A DNA stretch of 62,957 nucleotides, the filler included, from Octopus bimaculoides (Eukaryota), in the NCBI RefSeq assembly GCF_001194135.2. It is 10 parts of 9 records of this genome, joined end to end, with 100 filler letters (N's around TTAATTAATTAA, not from the genome) between each part and the next. Parts side by side here need not be neighbours in the genome. Positions count along the whole stretch, not along the records: positions 2,747 to 32,289 come from NC_068982.1; positions 32,390 to 34,986 come from NC_069009.1; positions 35,087 to 42,369 come from NC_069005.1; 7 more parts are not named here. The stretch is one strand, 5' to 3'. Shown one piece after another: positions 26,383-38,820 of the stretch (positions are counted from its first letter, which is position 1; every line of letters begins with the position of its first letter). The position numbers and the translations under genes are program-made. The notes beneath the pieces were generated by a model. That model searched no databases and had not been told where the DNA came from. It saw only the letters and a program-made list of their open reading frames with translations.

Positions 26383-26786
26383 CTGAAAGGAAAGCAGCCT
26401 CCACTAGTGTGCTCTACTGCTTTCTCTTGGTGCTGCGATATAGTGTTATCAATATGCTTCTTGCTGAATAGTTTCATATGCTCTATAGTGCTGCAATGTG
26501 ATCTTATAGCGAAAGAATGAATGATTCAAGTCGCGGGCTGAACTGCAGAATGATCGAGTACAGTTCCCAAGTGGCTGTGTTTTGTAAGTCAGTGATAGAG
26601 TAACAAGATGTAGTGACGATTGCTCAAGAGCTGAATAAAACCATTGACGGACTTCCGATTAACGCAGTATAGTGATTGGCGAGCATCCCACCGTCCCGCC
26701 AGAGTACATCTATATATGTTCCGAGAGTAGATAATCGTCTATTGTCAATTGGAACCAACATATACATCTGTCTGTCTGCCTGTCTG

Positions 26787-26827
<41 letters not shown>

Positions 26828-26910
26828 NNNNNNNNNNNNNNNNNNNNNNNNNNNNNNNNNNNNNNNNNNNNNNNTATATATATAAATTTATATATATATA
26901 TTTAAATATA

Positions 26911-27168
26911 AGATTGTATAAAATATTTTTATACACAGAGGAGACCCTTGACTGGTATCCTTAACGCTAAAAATGGCAGTTAAAACCCAAACCACGAAAT
27001 AAATAAAAAACAGTTTATGAAGCACGCTGTTTTTTTTTGTTCGTTCTAGTGTTATAACAGCGTGCCTCATAAATTCTTTTTTTCGTGGTTTGGGTTTTAA
27101 CTGTCATTTTTAGCATGTAAGGAGTCCCGTCAAAGGTCTCTTCGTTGTATAAAAATATTTTATACACT
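26911..27168. mobile_element. Fold-back / MITE-like element
   Basis: Arms of about 120 bp (GAGACCCTTGAC...GCAGTTAAAACCCAAACCACGAAA...GCACGCTGTT and its inverse) around a spacer of about 20 bp. Confidence 0.75.
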
Positions 27169-27644
27169 CTTATAGTTTTTTAAAAAATGTTATGTCTTAT
27201 AACTTTTATGCATGCTTCCACAAACTACAACATATATATGAAAATGAAATGACAGTTGCATTCTAGTTTCAGATATAATTTTAATACAACCTTCTACATC
27301 TTTGGCAACAACATTCTGCGATACATTTTTCTTTTATTTTTATCTTATCTCTATTCCTTATTAGTTTTTAAATCTTTTTCTGAAGAATACGCGTAACATG
27401 GAATTAAAGATATACCAGATTTTCCTGTATTTGTTTTAATATTTATCCTACTTCTATGCACTTTTTCATGTATTGATTTGCTTCATAAAATTCTGCACTG
27501 AAATGAAATAAAAATAAATAACTGGCAATTTAATTCACCCCTGCCAGGTTCAAATGTGAAACCTTAACGTAGATTTCATTGACAGGTATGGTTTTCTGAG
27601 TGCTTTACGATAATCCTTCATGTATTAAAGTGCAAGAATACTTT

Positions 27645-27855
27645 TAAATTAATAATTTTGCTTTCAAGTTTTGGCACAAGGCTAGCAAACTTGAGGAAAG
27701 GTTTACGTCAATTACATCGAACCCAGCAGCCAAATGACACCTATTTCATCAACTCCGAGAGAAGAAAAGCAAAACCAACTTACGTGGAATTTGAAGTCAA
27801 AATGTAAAGATCAACGAGATGCTGCTAATGATATTTGTCCGGAACTATAACTATT
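27645..27855 (-). mobile_element. SINE family 2 (reverse)
   Basis: CAATTACATCGAACCCAG...CCTATTTCATCAAC...GTGGAATTTGAAGTCAAAATGTAAAG. Confidence 0.6.
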
Positions 27856-28639
27856 CTGTCAGCTCATCACCTTTGATTTGATAACAATTTTTGATTTAAT
27901 AATAATATTATAATAATATTTCATAAAATATTCAATATTATAATATTGTTTGATATTTTGATTTAATAATATTAACTCAAACACTTAATTAAAACCTCAG
28001 AATATATTTAAATTCTAAATAAAAAATATCAAAAGAATTTGCTTCTAATATTTAATTGATGAATATAATGATTCTTATTCTGCATGATTTCCTGATGTGC
28101 AAAATTTCCCAATGAAAATAATTTCCTGACGTGTATAATTTCTTAATCATTTAAATCTTTTCAATTAAATTCACTATTGTACAAGGCTCCATAGGAAACC
28201 GAAAAATAATCCTTCAGAGAATTACTTCTGTAAGGTTTCTTAACTCTGAATCGAAAGTTAATTATAAAAGGGATGAGAAAAATTAATATGAATGCCATAT
28301 CAATTCGTTGCTTTCAAAAGCTGTTTTGATCTGACGCTTAAGTTCAGTACAAGCCAATACTACATAATAACCTTTCCCACTATCTTTATTCGAAAAACCC
28401 TGAATTAGCATCAAACATCATTTGTGTTTAAATAATCTATAGAAATAATATTTGCAAGCTCAAAGGGCAGGGGTTTTAAAGATATAATTTTTCAGCGTTT
28501 GTATTTCATATCCTACTGAAGCCGATTTTGTTTTTTATATGCTAAAATGGATTAGATAAAAAGAAAAAAAAATATACGTATAATTTTCTGCGTACATGTA
28601 AAATACTAGATAATACAACGGACTATATCATAGTTCTTC

Positions 28640-28950
28640 AGGCATGGCTGTGTATGGGCGCTGGTGTGGCTCTGTATAGGTACAGGCATTGGCTATGTGT
28701 TGAAGAAGCTCACTTTGTGACCACGTGGTTTCGGGTTCAATCCCGCTGCGCGGCAGTTTGGGCAATTATCTTGTACTATAGTATCGCATCGACCACTGCC
28801 TTGTGAATTAATTTGGCAGATGAAAACTGTGTGGAAGTCTGTCATGTACGTACGTATTTGAGCGTCTGTGTTTGTCTCCCCACCGCTAGGCAACTGCTGT
28901 TGGTTTGTTTAAGTCCGTGTAACTTAACGATTCGTCAAAAGAGACGGAAA
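28640..28950 (+). mobile_element. SINE family 1 variant with reiterated head
   Basis: Three GGC(A)TGGCTGTGT-like heads, then GGGTTCAATCCC and the usual body. Confidence 0.75.
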
Positions 28951-28969
28951 TAAAAAAAAACAGATTTAG

Positions 28970-29131
28970 GCGTAGAAGTGGCTGTGTAGTAAGTAGCTTG
29001 CACACCAACCACATGGCTCCGGGTTCAGTCCCACTGCGTGGCACCTTGGGCAAGTATCTTCTACTATAGCCTCGGGCCGACCAAAGCCTTCTGAGTGGAT
29101 TTGGTAGACGGAAACTGAAAGAAGCCAGTCG

Positions 29132-29166
<35 letters not shown>

Positions 29167-29275
29167 GTATGTGTTTCTATGTTTTTGTGTCTGTGTTTGT
29201 CCCCCAACATCGCTTGACAACTGATGCTGGTGTGCTTACATCCCCGTAAGCTAGCGGTTCGGCAAAAGAGCCGAT
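28970..29275 (+). mobile_element. SINE family 1
   Basis: Nearly identical to 16339-16770. Confidence 0.9.
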
Positions 29276-31632
29276 TTAGAAATACTTATAAAGCGCACAA
29301 TGAGTTATAATAAGGGAATAAATGTGTCAGCTTTCTAACAAAACATGAAGATTATCAAAATATAATAATGACACAAAATGAGCAGATTTCATACTTGACG
29401 ACCTAATATATATATCGGAACGCACATACCTGTACGTATATATGCATATACTCATTTACTATTTGTTTTTACATGACTGAATGCAGCGTCTCCAATTCGT
29501 AAGTAGTTTCTCGTAAACTTATATTTTCCGACGCTACTCTATCTCTTTCTCTTCCTCTATCATTTTTCCCCCTATCGTTCTTCCTCTTTACTACTACGTA
29601 TCTCGCTTTACCCCTCTCGTTCTTCCTCTGTTACTTCTACGTATCTCTTTTTTCCCCCTCGTACTTCCTCTCTTTTTCTTTTCCTCTCGTTGCTCACCTA
29701 TTCTTCTACTTCCTCCCTTTGTTTCTCCCTCTACCACTCTCTCTCTTCCCCTTACACCGGCATGATCACNNNNNNNNNNNNNNNNNNNNNNNNNNNNNNN
29801 NNNNNNNNNNNNNNNNNNNNNNNNNNNNNNNNNNNNNNNNNNNNNNNNNNNNNNNNNNNNNNNNNNNNNNNNNNNNNNNNNNNNNNNNNNNNNNNNNNNN
29901 NNNNNNNNNNNNNNNNNNNNNNNNNNNNNNNNNNNNNNNNNNNNNNNNNNNNNNNNNNNNNNNNNNNNNNNNNNNNNNNNNNNNNNNNNNNNNNNNNNNN
30001 NNNNNNNNNNNNNNNNNNNNNNNNNNNNNNNNNNNNNNNNNNNNNNNNNNNNNNNNNNNNNNNNNNNNNNNNNNNNNNNNNNNNNNNNNNNNNNNNNNNN
30101 NNNNNNNNNNNNNNNNNNNNNNNNNNNNNNNNNNNNNNNNNNNNNNNNNNNNNNNNNNNNNNNNNNNNNNNNNNNNNNNNNNNNNNNNNNNNNNNNNNNN
30201 NNNNNNNNNNNNNNNNNNNNNNNNNNNNNNNNNNNNNNNNNNNNNNNNNNNNNNNNNNNNNNNNNNNNNNNNNNNNNNNNNNNNNNNNNNNNNNNNNNNN
30301 NNNNNNNNNNNNNNNNNNNNNNNNNNNNNNNNNNNNNNNNNNNNNNNNNNNNNNNNNNNNNNNNNNNNNNNNNNNNNNNNNNNNNNNNNNNNNNNNNNNN
30401 NNNNNNNNNNNNNNNNNNNNNNNNNNNNNNNNNNNNNNNNNNNNNNNNNNNNNNNNNNNNNNNNNNNNNNNNNNNNNNNNNNNNNNNNNNNNNNNNNNNN
30501 NNNNNNNNNNNNNNNNNNNNNNNNNNNNNNNNNNNNNNNNNNNNNNNNNNNNNNNNNNNNNNNNNNNNNNNNNNNNNNNNNNNNNNNNNNNNNNNNNNNN
30601 NNNNNNNNNNNNNNNNNNNNNNNNNNNNNNNNNNNNNNNNNNNNNNNNNNNNNNNNNNGGGGGGGGGGCAACACAGGTACACAAACATGTACATATAAAT
30701 TATAAATTTCTTGTTTCTATCTAGTTAAGTAAATAACTGGGAAAGATAGTGATTGTTAGCATGGCCACTGCTCAAGGGAGACACAAAATCGTGATGCGCA
30801 TCAATATATATATGTCTACTGTTTGAATTTATAGTATGCTTATGCATTGAATACTTAGGACAAGAGAGTCCGTAATGATTTTGAATCACTCTAGATAATT
30901 TTACTGTCATACAAATAAGACATCCTAACGAAGATAAAATGAATACTGAACAAGCCTCAACTGTCATTAGTTCATGATTCCTAATATAAATAAATTCAAC
31001 AAATTTCAGAGAAGAATATCTGTCCATTCCTTTAAAACTAAGGGAAATGTGAAAGTCAAACGTATGAGGACGTAAATTGCAAGGGATGCAGCTAGGTGCT
31101 GCAGTGCATCGTAGTTTGACGAAAGTAATATAACAGGTGTTGAATTTGAATTTTTGTTACACATAAATGTCTAAAGACAAAGGTCGTATATAAAAGATTC
31201 GTTCGAAATTTAAGTAAAAAACCCGATTTAATATTTATGGTAGGTTCATTGCGCTATAATCTGTAGCTATAGACAAGGGAACTGAAGTGATGAACGTTAA
31301 AAGAGAAACGGGAACATTGAATGAGTCCTTATACGAACAAAAACAAAAGGCAAAAATGCATTCATATTGTAACACTTGTGCTAAGGAAGAAAAAAACGAT
31401 ATATATATGTANNNNNNNNNNCTTTATCGATTCTCTCGCAGAAGATGCAAAGAGTGAAAAATTTATTCTGACAGTAGACAAACCTCATTCTTCAGAATTT
31501 ACAGTCTGGTACACAACAAGTGAACCATAGCAATTGCACTACTGTGAAGAGCCAACGTCTTATTGAATTGATTAGACTAATACATTGATCCTGTTTTTGA
31601 AGGTGCTGCTGCTGCTGCTGCTGCTGCTGATA

Positions 31633-31664
<32 letters not shown>

Positions 31665-32138
31665 AAAAAGCTTACTGTATGTGGCAGTGTGAAATATTGA
31701 AACAAATTTTGCAAGATAAAGAAATGTTGAGAGTGTTTTGCGAGATAGGGAAATGGTGAGAGTGTACATGTAGGTATGTATGGATCTATATATGTATCTA
31801 TCAATCAATATCCTTGTACACATGAGCAAGCGCATAACCACCTCTGCATACATGGGCAAACACATGCCTGTCCACACGCATGTATGCATATATAGATTCA
31901 ATGTGTAAAGGAAATACATCATAACATATATACAGTTCAGAAAGCAAATATCTACTAAATTCTTTTACTCAATTCATTGGTTTGACAGTGGCAATAGTGC
32001 AATACAGCCTGTAGGGCTCCAGTCAAATATATCGATCTCTTCACTGACACTGGCATTCATTTTATCGATCACTGTTTATTGAATGTCGAATTTCTTAATG
32101 GCACACCAGGCTATGGTCGTACATAAACATACACACGT

Positions 32139-32196
<58 letters not shown>

Positions 32197-32389
32197 TATA
32201 TATATATACATAATATATATATATATGTGCATATATATATGTATATATATGCATATATATACATATGTATATGCATGTATATATATGTANNNNNNNNNNN
32301 NNNNNNNNNNNNNNNNNNNNNNNNNNNNNNNNNTTAATTAATTAANNNNNNNNNNNNNNNNNNNNNNNNNNNNNNNNNNNNNNNNNNNN

Positions 32390-32478
<89 letters not shown>

Positions 32479-32487
32479 GCCTGCCCG

Positions 32488-32549
<62 letters not shown>

Positions 32550-32634
32550 CATCTATCTATAGCTACGTGTGCGGCGCGCGTGAGTGCACGTGTGTTTGTG
32601 TGTGTATATTTATGTGCCTGTGTCTCTGTGTGTA

Positions 32635-32780
32635 TGTACGACGGCCTTCTCTCAGTTACTGTTTTCGAAATTACACTCACAGGGTTCTAGTCGGCCGGTG
32701 ATTATAATAGAAGACATTTGTCCAAGGTGATAAGCAGTGGGATTGAACGTATGTGATCAGGAAGCAAGCTTCTGTCCACA
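32635..32780 (-). mobile_element. SINE family 1 variant, 5' part
   Basis: Reverse complement of GGAAGCTTGCTTCC...GTTCAATCCCACTG...CCTTGGACAAATGTCTTCTATTATA. Confidence 0.7.
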
Positions 32781-33600
32781 CAGTGACGCCTTCACCTTCA
32801 ACAATGTCTGCTTTGTCACTAATTCTATCCATTTTGAATGGATCTCTCGATATTGAACACGTTAAGTCATATGATACAAAGCCATTCTCGTAATGAATAA
32901 CTGAGATCATATATAGGTAGCGCGGTATCGAGTACTACATCCCACGTTTGCTGTCGTTGATGGAAGCAGGCACACACGCATACATACACACACATATATA
33001 CTCTAATACTCACTGAAGCAAAGACACATTCTAACTCATTACAGACACACTACAACCATACGCTATCATTACCACAGCATCCAACACCACCATTACAACT
33101 ACTGCAACAACCACAGTACAACTACAACCACAACGACAGCCATCACATCCACCACCATCAACTCTCCAATCACTCCCAAATTGCCAGCAAGGCTCAATAG
33201 AAATGAATGAGTTAAGAACAGATTTCTTTATTCAACAAGTTGTGAGGGAAGTCTGTCTGCACAGGATATTGTGAGCTGGAGACGTGGTGACAATAGAAGC
33301 TTGAAATGTTGCGTTTCTTCTCATGGGGAAACAATAATAGGCTTAACAGAATAATGGAAAGCCAAAAGATTGGCAAGAAGAAAACAACAAAGGAAATTTG
33401 AAAAGGACAAAGATTTAAAGGAAACGTGAAATATACGTGAGAGTCAGGGAGAGATAGAAAGAGTAAATATTTTCATATATTTATACATATAGACTGAGTG
33501 AGTTGACCTTTTACGTAACGAATGTTTTTCTAGTTTTTGAGTGTGCACTAACGTGTTAAATATGATTGTACACAATATACAATATCGATCTATATATCTA

Positions 33601-34104
33601 CAGGGTTGTCCGAAAGTCTTGTTATACCTTTACAAGTGAAGAACAAGTGATGCAGTAATCCAATGGATTTAGTTTATTCATTGAGGCTGTCACATATCGA
33701 GAAGATCTATACGAACACCGTTTCCGTGGCACAAAATGATGCGGCACCATTTCGTGTGTGATATTTTTCGAAGCTGTGCTTTGGTGATAGTTGCAAAGGC
33801 TCTCCGAACGGTGTCCTTCAACTGATGGGCATTCTGGTGTCGTTCATGTGATAATCTCTCCTTGATAATACCCACACAGTCGTGAGGTCGGGACTTTTGG
33901 GAAGCAAATCGACAGCTGCTGGAAGTTGTTGCGATCCTTGTCCTATCCATGTATCCCGAAAAACGTCATTTAGGTATTCCCGGACAGTGATAGCATACTG
34001 GAGTGGGGGCAGATCTTATATCACACACACAAAAAAAAAATAATGATAATAACTACAATAATAAATAATATGTAGTGGGATAACAAGATTTTCGGACCAC
34101 CCTG
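33601..34104 (-). mobile_element. Internally deleted Tc1/mariner-superfamily element
   Basis: TIRs CAGGGTTGTCCGAAAGTCTT / AAGATTTTCGGACCACCCTG, TA on both sides; transposase C-terminal remnant SRPHDCVGIIKERL...QLKDTVRRAF...WCRIILC. Confidence 0.85.
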
Positions 34105-34327
34105 TACCTTTGTCTATTTATCATTCCATTCGCCAATGTATCAATGCATCTCCATACACCTTTATGACTACCTACTTTTCTATCTATGTATTTTTCAATC
34201 TATCCTTTCTGTGTTTCAGTCACCATAATTATTTATCTCGGACTCAATCTGTTTATATCATTACCATCTCTTTATCTCTCTCTTTCTCTCTCACTCACTA
34301 TGTCTCTCTTTCTCTTTTTCTTTCTCT

Positions 34328-34407
<80 letters not shown>

Positions 34408-34409
<2 letters not shown>

Positions 34410-34526
34410 TTGTCTATATAAGATTGACCAGTAACCGGTCTGTCAGTATGCTATAAGATCACTTAAAGTGATCTTCTTCTAGCATATTGACAGACCGGTT
34501 ACTGGTCAATCTTAGATACACAAGTA
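34408..34526. repeat. Near-perfect 119-nt palindrome / hairpin
   Basis: AAGATTGACCAGTAACCGGTCTGTCA pairs perfectly with TGACAGACCGGTTACTGGTCAATCTT; apex AAGATCACT-TAA-AGTGATCTT. Confidence 0.95.
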
Positions 34527-34639
34527 CTATAATCTTTTTAGGATCTCCAAAAATTTTTTTTCCTGAACCTTCTGATTCTTTTAATGTGCTAGTTTCCTGG
34601 TATTAAATGTTAATTAATATCAAATTAATATCAAATATA

Positions 34640-35583
34640 TATATATATGGGAGAATATACAAATAATAACAACAGACGAGGACAGGTGGTGTAAATAACA
34701 AAAGTATATATTAGTATGACGCTCGGGAATACGGAAAGTCTTTGACGTTTCGAGCTACGCTCTTCAACAGAAAGAATACGGAGACAAGGAGAAAAACACG
34801 GAGAAAAAAAATTGAATAGTGTTCAGTCAACGGTCAATCATAATAATGGCCGATCATAACAATGGCTGACCGGAAGTTAGAAATTCTTATTTCAGGAGAG
34901 CTAATAAAGGGGGAGATAACAAACGGTGATCGGGAACGAGGGGCTGTGTGTGGGAGGTAGAATGCTGGTGGTCTTGACGTATGTAGNNNNNNNNNNNNNN
35001 NNNNNNNNNNNNNNNNNNNNNNNNNNNNNNTTAATTAATTAANNNNNNNNNNNNNNNNNNNNNNNNNNNNNNNNNNNNNNNNNNNNGGGTTCAGGGGGAG
35101 AGAGCAGATGCACGGTCCATGGAACGTGTTCTGGCAAGGGTGGTGTGGATGGTGGTGAGGGGATATACCCGTAGGCTGAAGTGGTGAGCCATGAGTTGAG
35201 ACTGAGTCTCAAAATCATGGTTGTCACTACAGAGCCTGCGTAGACGGAGGAATTGGGAATAGGGGATGGAAAGCTTGGTGTGTTTAGGTTGGGAGGAGGA
35301 GAAGTTAAGATAAGAGTGATAGAAATCACCCGTGAACGAGAAGCAGTTAAGTGAGAGGACAAGTTCGGCCAGACGAATGAGTGTGGAGGTGTGGGGTTGT
35401 GGGTTGGGTCGGAGGTCGAGGAAATATTTAAGTGCATGCAGCCCCTGGTCGTGACGGATCACCGTGTAGAGGCTCTGGATGTCAAGGGTGAAAAGAAGCT
35501 TAGAAGGGCCAGGAGAGAAGGAGAAAGAGTTGAATAAACGAAGCGCGTGGTTGGTGTCGTGGATGTGAGAAGGGAGAGAAGCC

Positions 35584-35585
<2 letters not shown>
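34640..35585 (-). mobile_element. Penelope-like element (tentatively Neptune-type), deleted RT plus pLTR
   Basis: LFTLDIQSLYTVIRHDQGLHAL...TLIRLAELVLSLNCFSF and HSYLNFSS...SIPYSQFLRLRRLCS are PLE RT/thumb motifs; (TA)n at both ends. Confidence 0.9.
34738..34776 (-). ncRNA. Minimal type I hammerhead motif
   Basis: TCTTT-CTGTTGA-A-GAGC GTA GCTC-GAAA-C-GTC-AAAGA; stem III reduced to palindromic ACGT; core A6 replaced by U. Confidence 0.7.
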
Positions 35586-35659
<74 letters not shown>

Positions 35660-35698
35660 AGATGTAGAGCAGTATATATTAAATGTGGGGAAGGCTAG

Positions 35699-35769
35699 TT
35701 TATGGGATTACCTTAGGTTTCCTGTCCATAATTGGTTTAGCATTATGGCATTTCATCAGATCCCAAAAA
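35699..35769 (-). ncRNA. Type I hammerhead motif in the inverted pLTR
   Basis: TTTTTGGGAT-CTGATGA-aatgCCATAAT..ATTATGGacag-GAAA-CCTAAGG-TA-ATCCCATAAA; base of stem II imperfect. Confidence 0.75.
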
Positions 35770-36214
35770 CCTGTTGGCCCATGACCTCTTCAAAATATGG
35801 AGGGGAAAAATGCCTCACTACTCAAAATAATTGGGGATTATCTCCCTTTGCTATTGACTGTCGACTTCTGGCCAGCTAAAAGAAATGCCTTCATTGCCAT
35901 AAAAGATCATAAAACGAATTTTGCCTGAAACCCTAAATGCTACCTGATCAATCCGCCCAAATCTGAGATCAGTCTGGCAAGCAAGCACATATTAAGGGAT
36001 ATCAATGACAGAAAGAGGGCCACCAACCTTTCACTGTGGTGCAACACCAACAACATGACCACATGGTATAACACCAGCAAGGGAAGAGATAGAGTAAGGT
36101 TCACCCAGTTTGATATAGTCGACTTTTGCCCGTCTCTATCAAAAGGACAACTGGCCAAGGCACTTTTTCTCAAGGGACTTCACTAACATTAGCGACAGAG
36201 ATGTAGAAGTTATT

Positions 36215-37039
36215 ATGCATGCTAGAAAGACAGTGCTGTTCAACAGAGGTTCAGCATGGGTCAAGCAATCCAACCCCACAGGCTCCTTTGACGTAGCAAT
36301 GGGAGCCGACAACAGTACTAACGTATGTAACCTCATTGGGTTGTATATACCTGTAGATACCTCTAGGAAAACGTTCCCCTCCATCTTCTTTGGCCTTTAC
36401 AGAGATGATGCCCTTGTCATCTCTAGGAGGGCAAGTGAGCATACACTAGACAGGCTCAGGAAAGATCTAATCAGCATGCTTGCCTCCATGGGATTGAAAA
36501 TCGCAATAGAGACCAAACTCACAACCGCGGACTTGGGCTCCAGTACATACAAGCGCCATCACAAACCAAACAAGAGGCTGACATACATAAACACAACCTG
36601 CTGCCACCCACCCACCATGTTCAAAAACCTGGTAAAGGGTGTTAGTAAGAGGATCACAAACCTTTCCTCCAACCAAGAGATTTTCAATGCAGCAGCCCCA
36701 TACTATAACAAGGCCCTAGCTGCCAGTGAATTTAGGGACTGTATCTCCTACATGTCAGAACCCAACAACCGCAAAAGGAAATGCCACAGAAATACCATTT
36801 GGTTAGCCACCCTGCTCTCTCTTAACACAAAAACGCCCATAGGTAGAATATTCCTTAAATTATTAGACAAGCATTTCACTAGCTCCAATAAGTACAGGAC
36901 CATTTTCAACAGGCACAACGTTAGAGTCTCATTTAGCAGTGCCCCCAATATTAAGAGCATCCTAGTTAAAGCCCCTAAGCCACAGGACAGGATGTTCGTG
37001 CAGGGACAACAACAGATGCCTGGTAGGAGGCCACTGTGA
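36215..37039 (+). pseudogene. PLE reverse transcriptase (frameshifted)
   Basis: 274-aa ORF with DVAMG, YRDD and HPP motifs; upstream motifs in other frames. Confidence 0.9.
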
Positions 37040-37074
37040 AACCAAAGGGGGCGTCATCAAGCCAGAGTGCTAGC

Positions 37075-37590
37075 AAACCCAGGCAATACCACCAGGAGAA
37101 GTAGTAGTAGCCGTAGACACAAGAACAGACCAGCAACACCACCACCATCTCCACAGTTAACAACATTAACAACAATAGAAGTAACAACACCAGCAAGAGC
37201 ATTGGCAGTTCCCCCAACAGCAACAACACCAACAACAACAGCAGCATTACCAAAAGCTTCCCTAACTGCCACAGCAGCAGCAACAGGTCCAGTACCACCA
37301 CCAGCTATAACAGCAATAACAGCACCAGTAGCAACAATGGCCCTAGCAGAAACACCAGCAAAAACCACAGCTAATGACACCTGTAGCAGCAATGGCAGCT
37401 CTCCAATGACAAGGACCAAAACAATAACAACAACAATGCCTTCACCATAACTGGCAGTGGCGATACCATTACCTATGCCACCGTCACCTCCAGTGACACC
37501 AACAACAGCAGTCCTAGATCCAACAACAACAATGTTGGCAGCAGCAGCAGCAACACCAGCAGGTACATTATCAACAACACACACCCACAG
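37075..37590 (+). repeat. AAC/AGC/ACC-rich low-complexity tract inside the GIY-YIG domain
   Basis: Triplet-periodic CAA/CAG/CAC sequence between the GIY-equivalent (~37050) and YIG (37594-37602). Confidence 0.85.
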
Positions 37591-38023
37591 AGATACATTG
37601 GATGTTCTGGGAATTCTTTCAAGCAATGTTCCTCCAACCATAGATCCTCCTTCAGAGTTCCAGAAAGGAGATACGTCAAATCGCTGGCCAGCCACGTCTG
37701 GCAACTAAGAGATGAGGGGGTTCTATACTCAATCTCATGGAAAATCCTCATGAATCCAAGATGAAGCATTGCAAGTTATGCATGGCTGAACATATGAGAA
37801 TCCTAAAAGACTTGCTTGAACCAAGGAGCATCCCTAACTCCAGAATGGAGATTTTCAGGGCATCTTTACATTTCAGAAGCTTCCTGCTAACATTTTCGAG
37901 CCCAGAAGATGGTGGCACAGCTGGAAGTCAATAGCCAATAGCAAAGGGAGATAATCCCCAATTGTGACCTTTGAGTAGTGAGGCATTTCCCCTTCCACAT
38001 TTTGAAGAGGTCATGGGCCAGTA

Positions 38024-38098
38024 GGTTTTTAGGATCTGATGATACACCATAGAGCTAAACACTTTATGGATGGGAAATCTAAGGTAATCCCATAAACC
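38024..38098 (+). ncRNA. Type I hammerhead motif in the 3' pLTR
   Basis: GGTTTTTAGGAT-CTGATGA-tacaCCATAGAG..CTTTATGGatgg-GAAA-TCTAAGG-TA-ATCCCATAAACC. Confidence 0.72.
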
Positions 38099-38109
38099 AG
38101 CCTACCCCA

Positions 38110-38154
<45 letters not shown>

Positions 38155-38520
38155 CATACATACACGCACACATGCATCTATGGTGTTGGTGTGTCTAACT
38201 AGTATCATTAGGACTGAAAGGGAAGTGCTGATTATGGACTACTAAACAACATCAAGCACTTAGATCATACAAGGTGGTGGAGGGGCTTCTGTGAACAGCT
38301 ACAAATAGCAATCATCATCTCCCTCCTCCTGAAACTCTCTCCTAACAGCCCTGAGCACTGTATATTTAAAATAGCAGTATCAAAGACATCTTTTAAAAAC
38401 AGCAGTGTGTCGTTTGGTCGCTGTGTAAGTACATGCATGTTTGTTGTGGTGAAATAATGGTGATGATGCTTTCTTCTCATAGAAATAATCAACAACCTTC
38501 ACATATTTACGTCAGAGAGA

Positions 38521-38820
38521 AATCTCTCTCTCTCTCTCTCAATCTTTATCTCTCTCTCTCTCTCTCTCTCTCAATCTTTATCTCTCTCTCTCTCTCTCTC
38601 TCTCAATCTTTNNNNNNNNNNNNNNNNNNNNNNNNNNNNNNNNNNNNNNNNNNNNNNNNNNNNNNNNNNNNNNNNNNNNNNNNNNNNNNNNNNNNNNNNN
38701 NNNNNNNNATCTCTCTCTCTCTCTCTCAATCTTTATCTCTCTCTCTCTCTCTCTCTCTCAATCTTTATCTCTCTCTCTCTCTCTCTCTCAATCTTTATCT
38801 CTCTCTCTCTCTCTCTCTTA
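38521..38820 (+). repeat. Compound minisatellite of about 30 bp, (CT)n-CAATCTTTAT
   Basis: Direct repeats on both sides of a gap. Confidence 0.9.

Larger units (their letters stand above)
35676..38116 (+). mobile_element. Penelope-like element with RT, split GIY-YIG and inverted pLTRs
   Basis: LINPPKSEIS, FDIVDF, DVAMGADNSTNVCNLIGLY, GLYRDD, HPP, CSCRDNNRCLVGGHC, YIGCSGNSFKQ, CKLC; 35676-35878 is an inverted copy of 37918-38116; (TA)n flanks. Confidence 0.92.

Noticed and set aside
37057-37704. 215-aa Val/Gly/Ala-rich minus-strand ORF and mucin-like plus-strand ORFs
   Set aside because: Alternative frames of the low-complexity insert inside the PLE endonuclease; no independent gene signals
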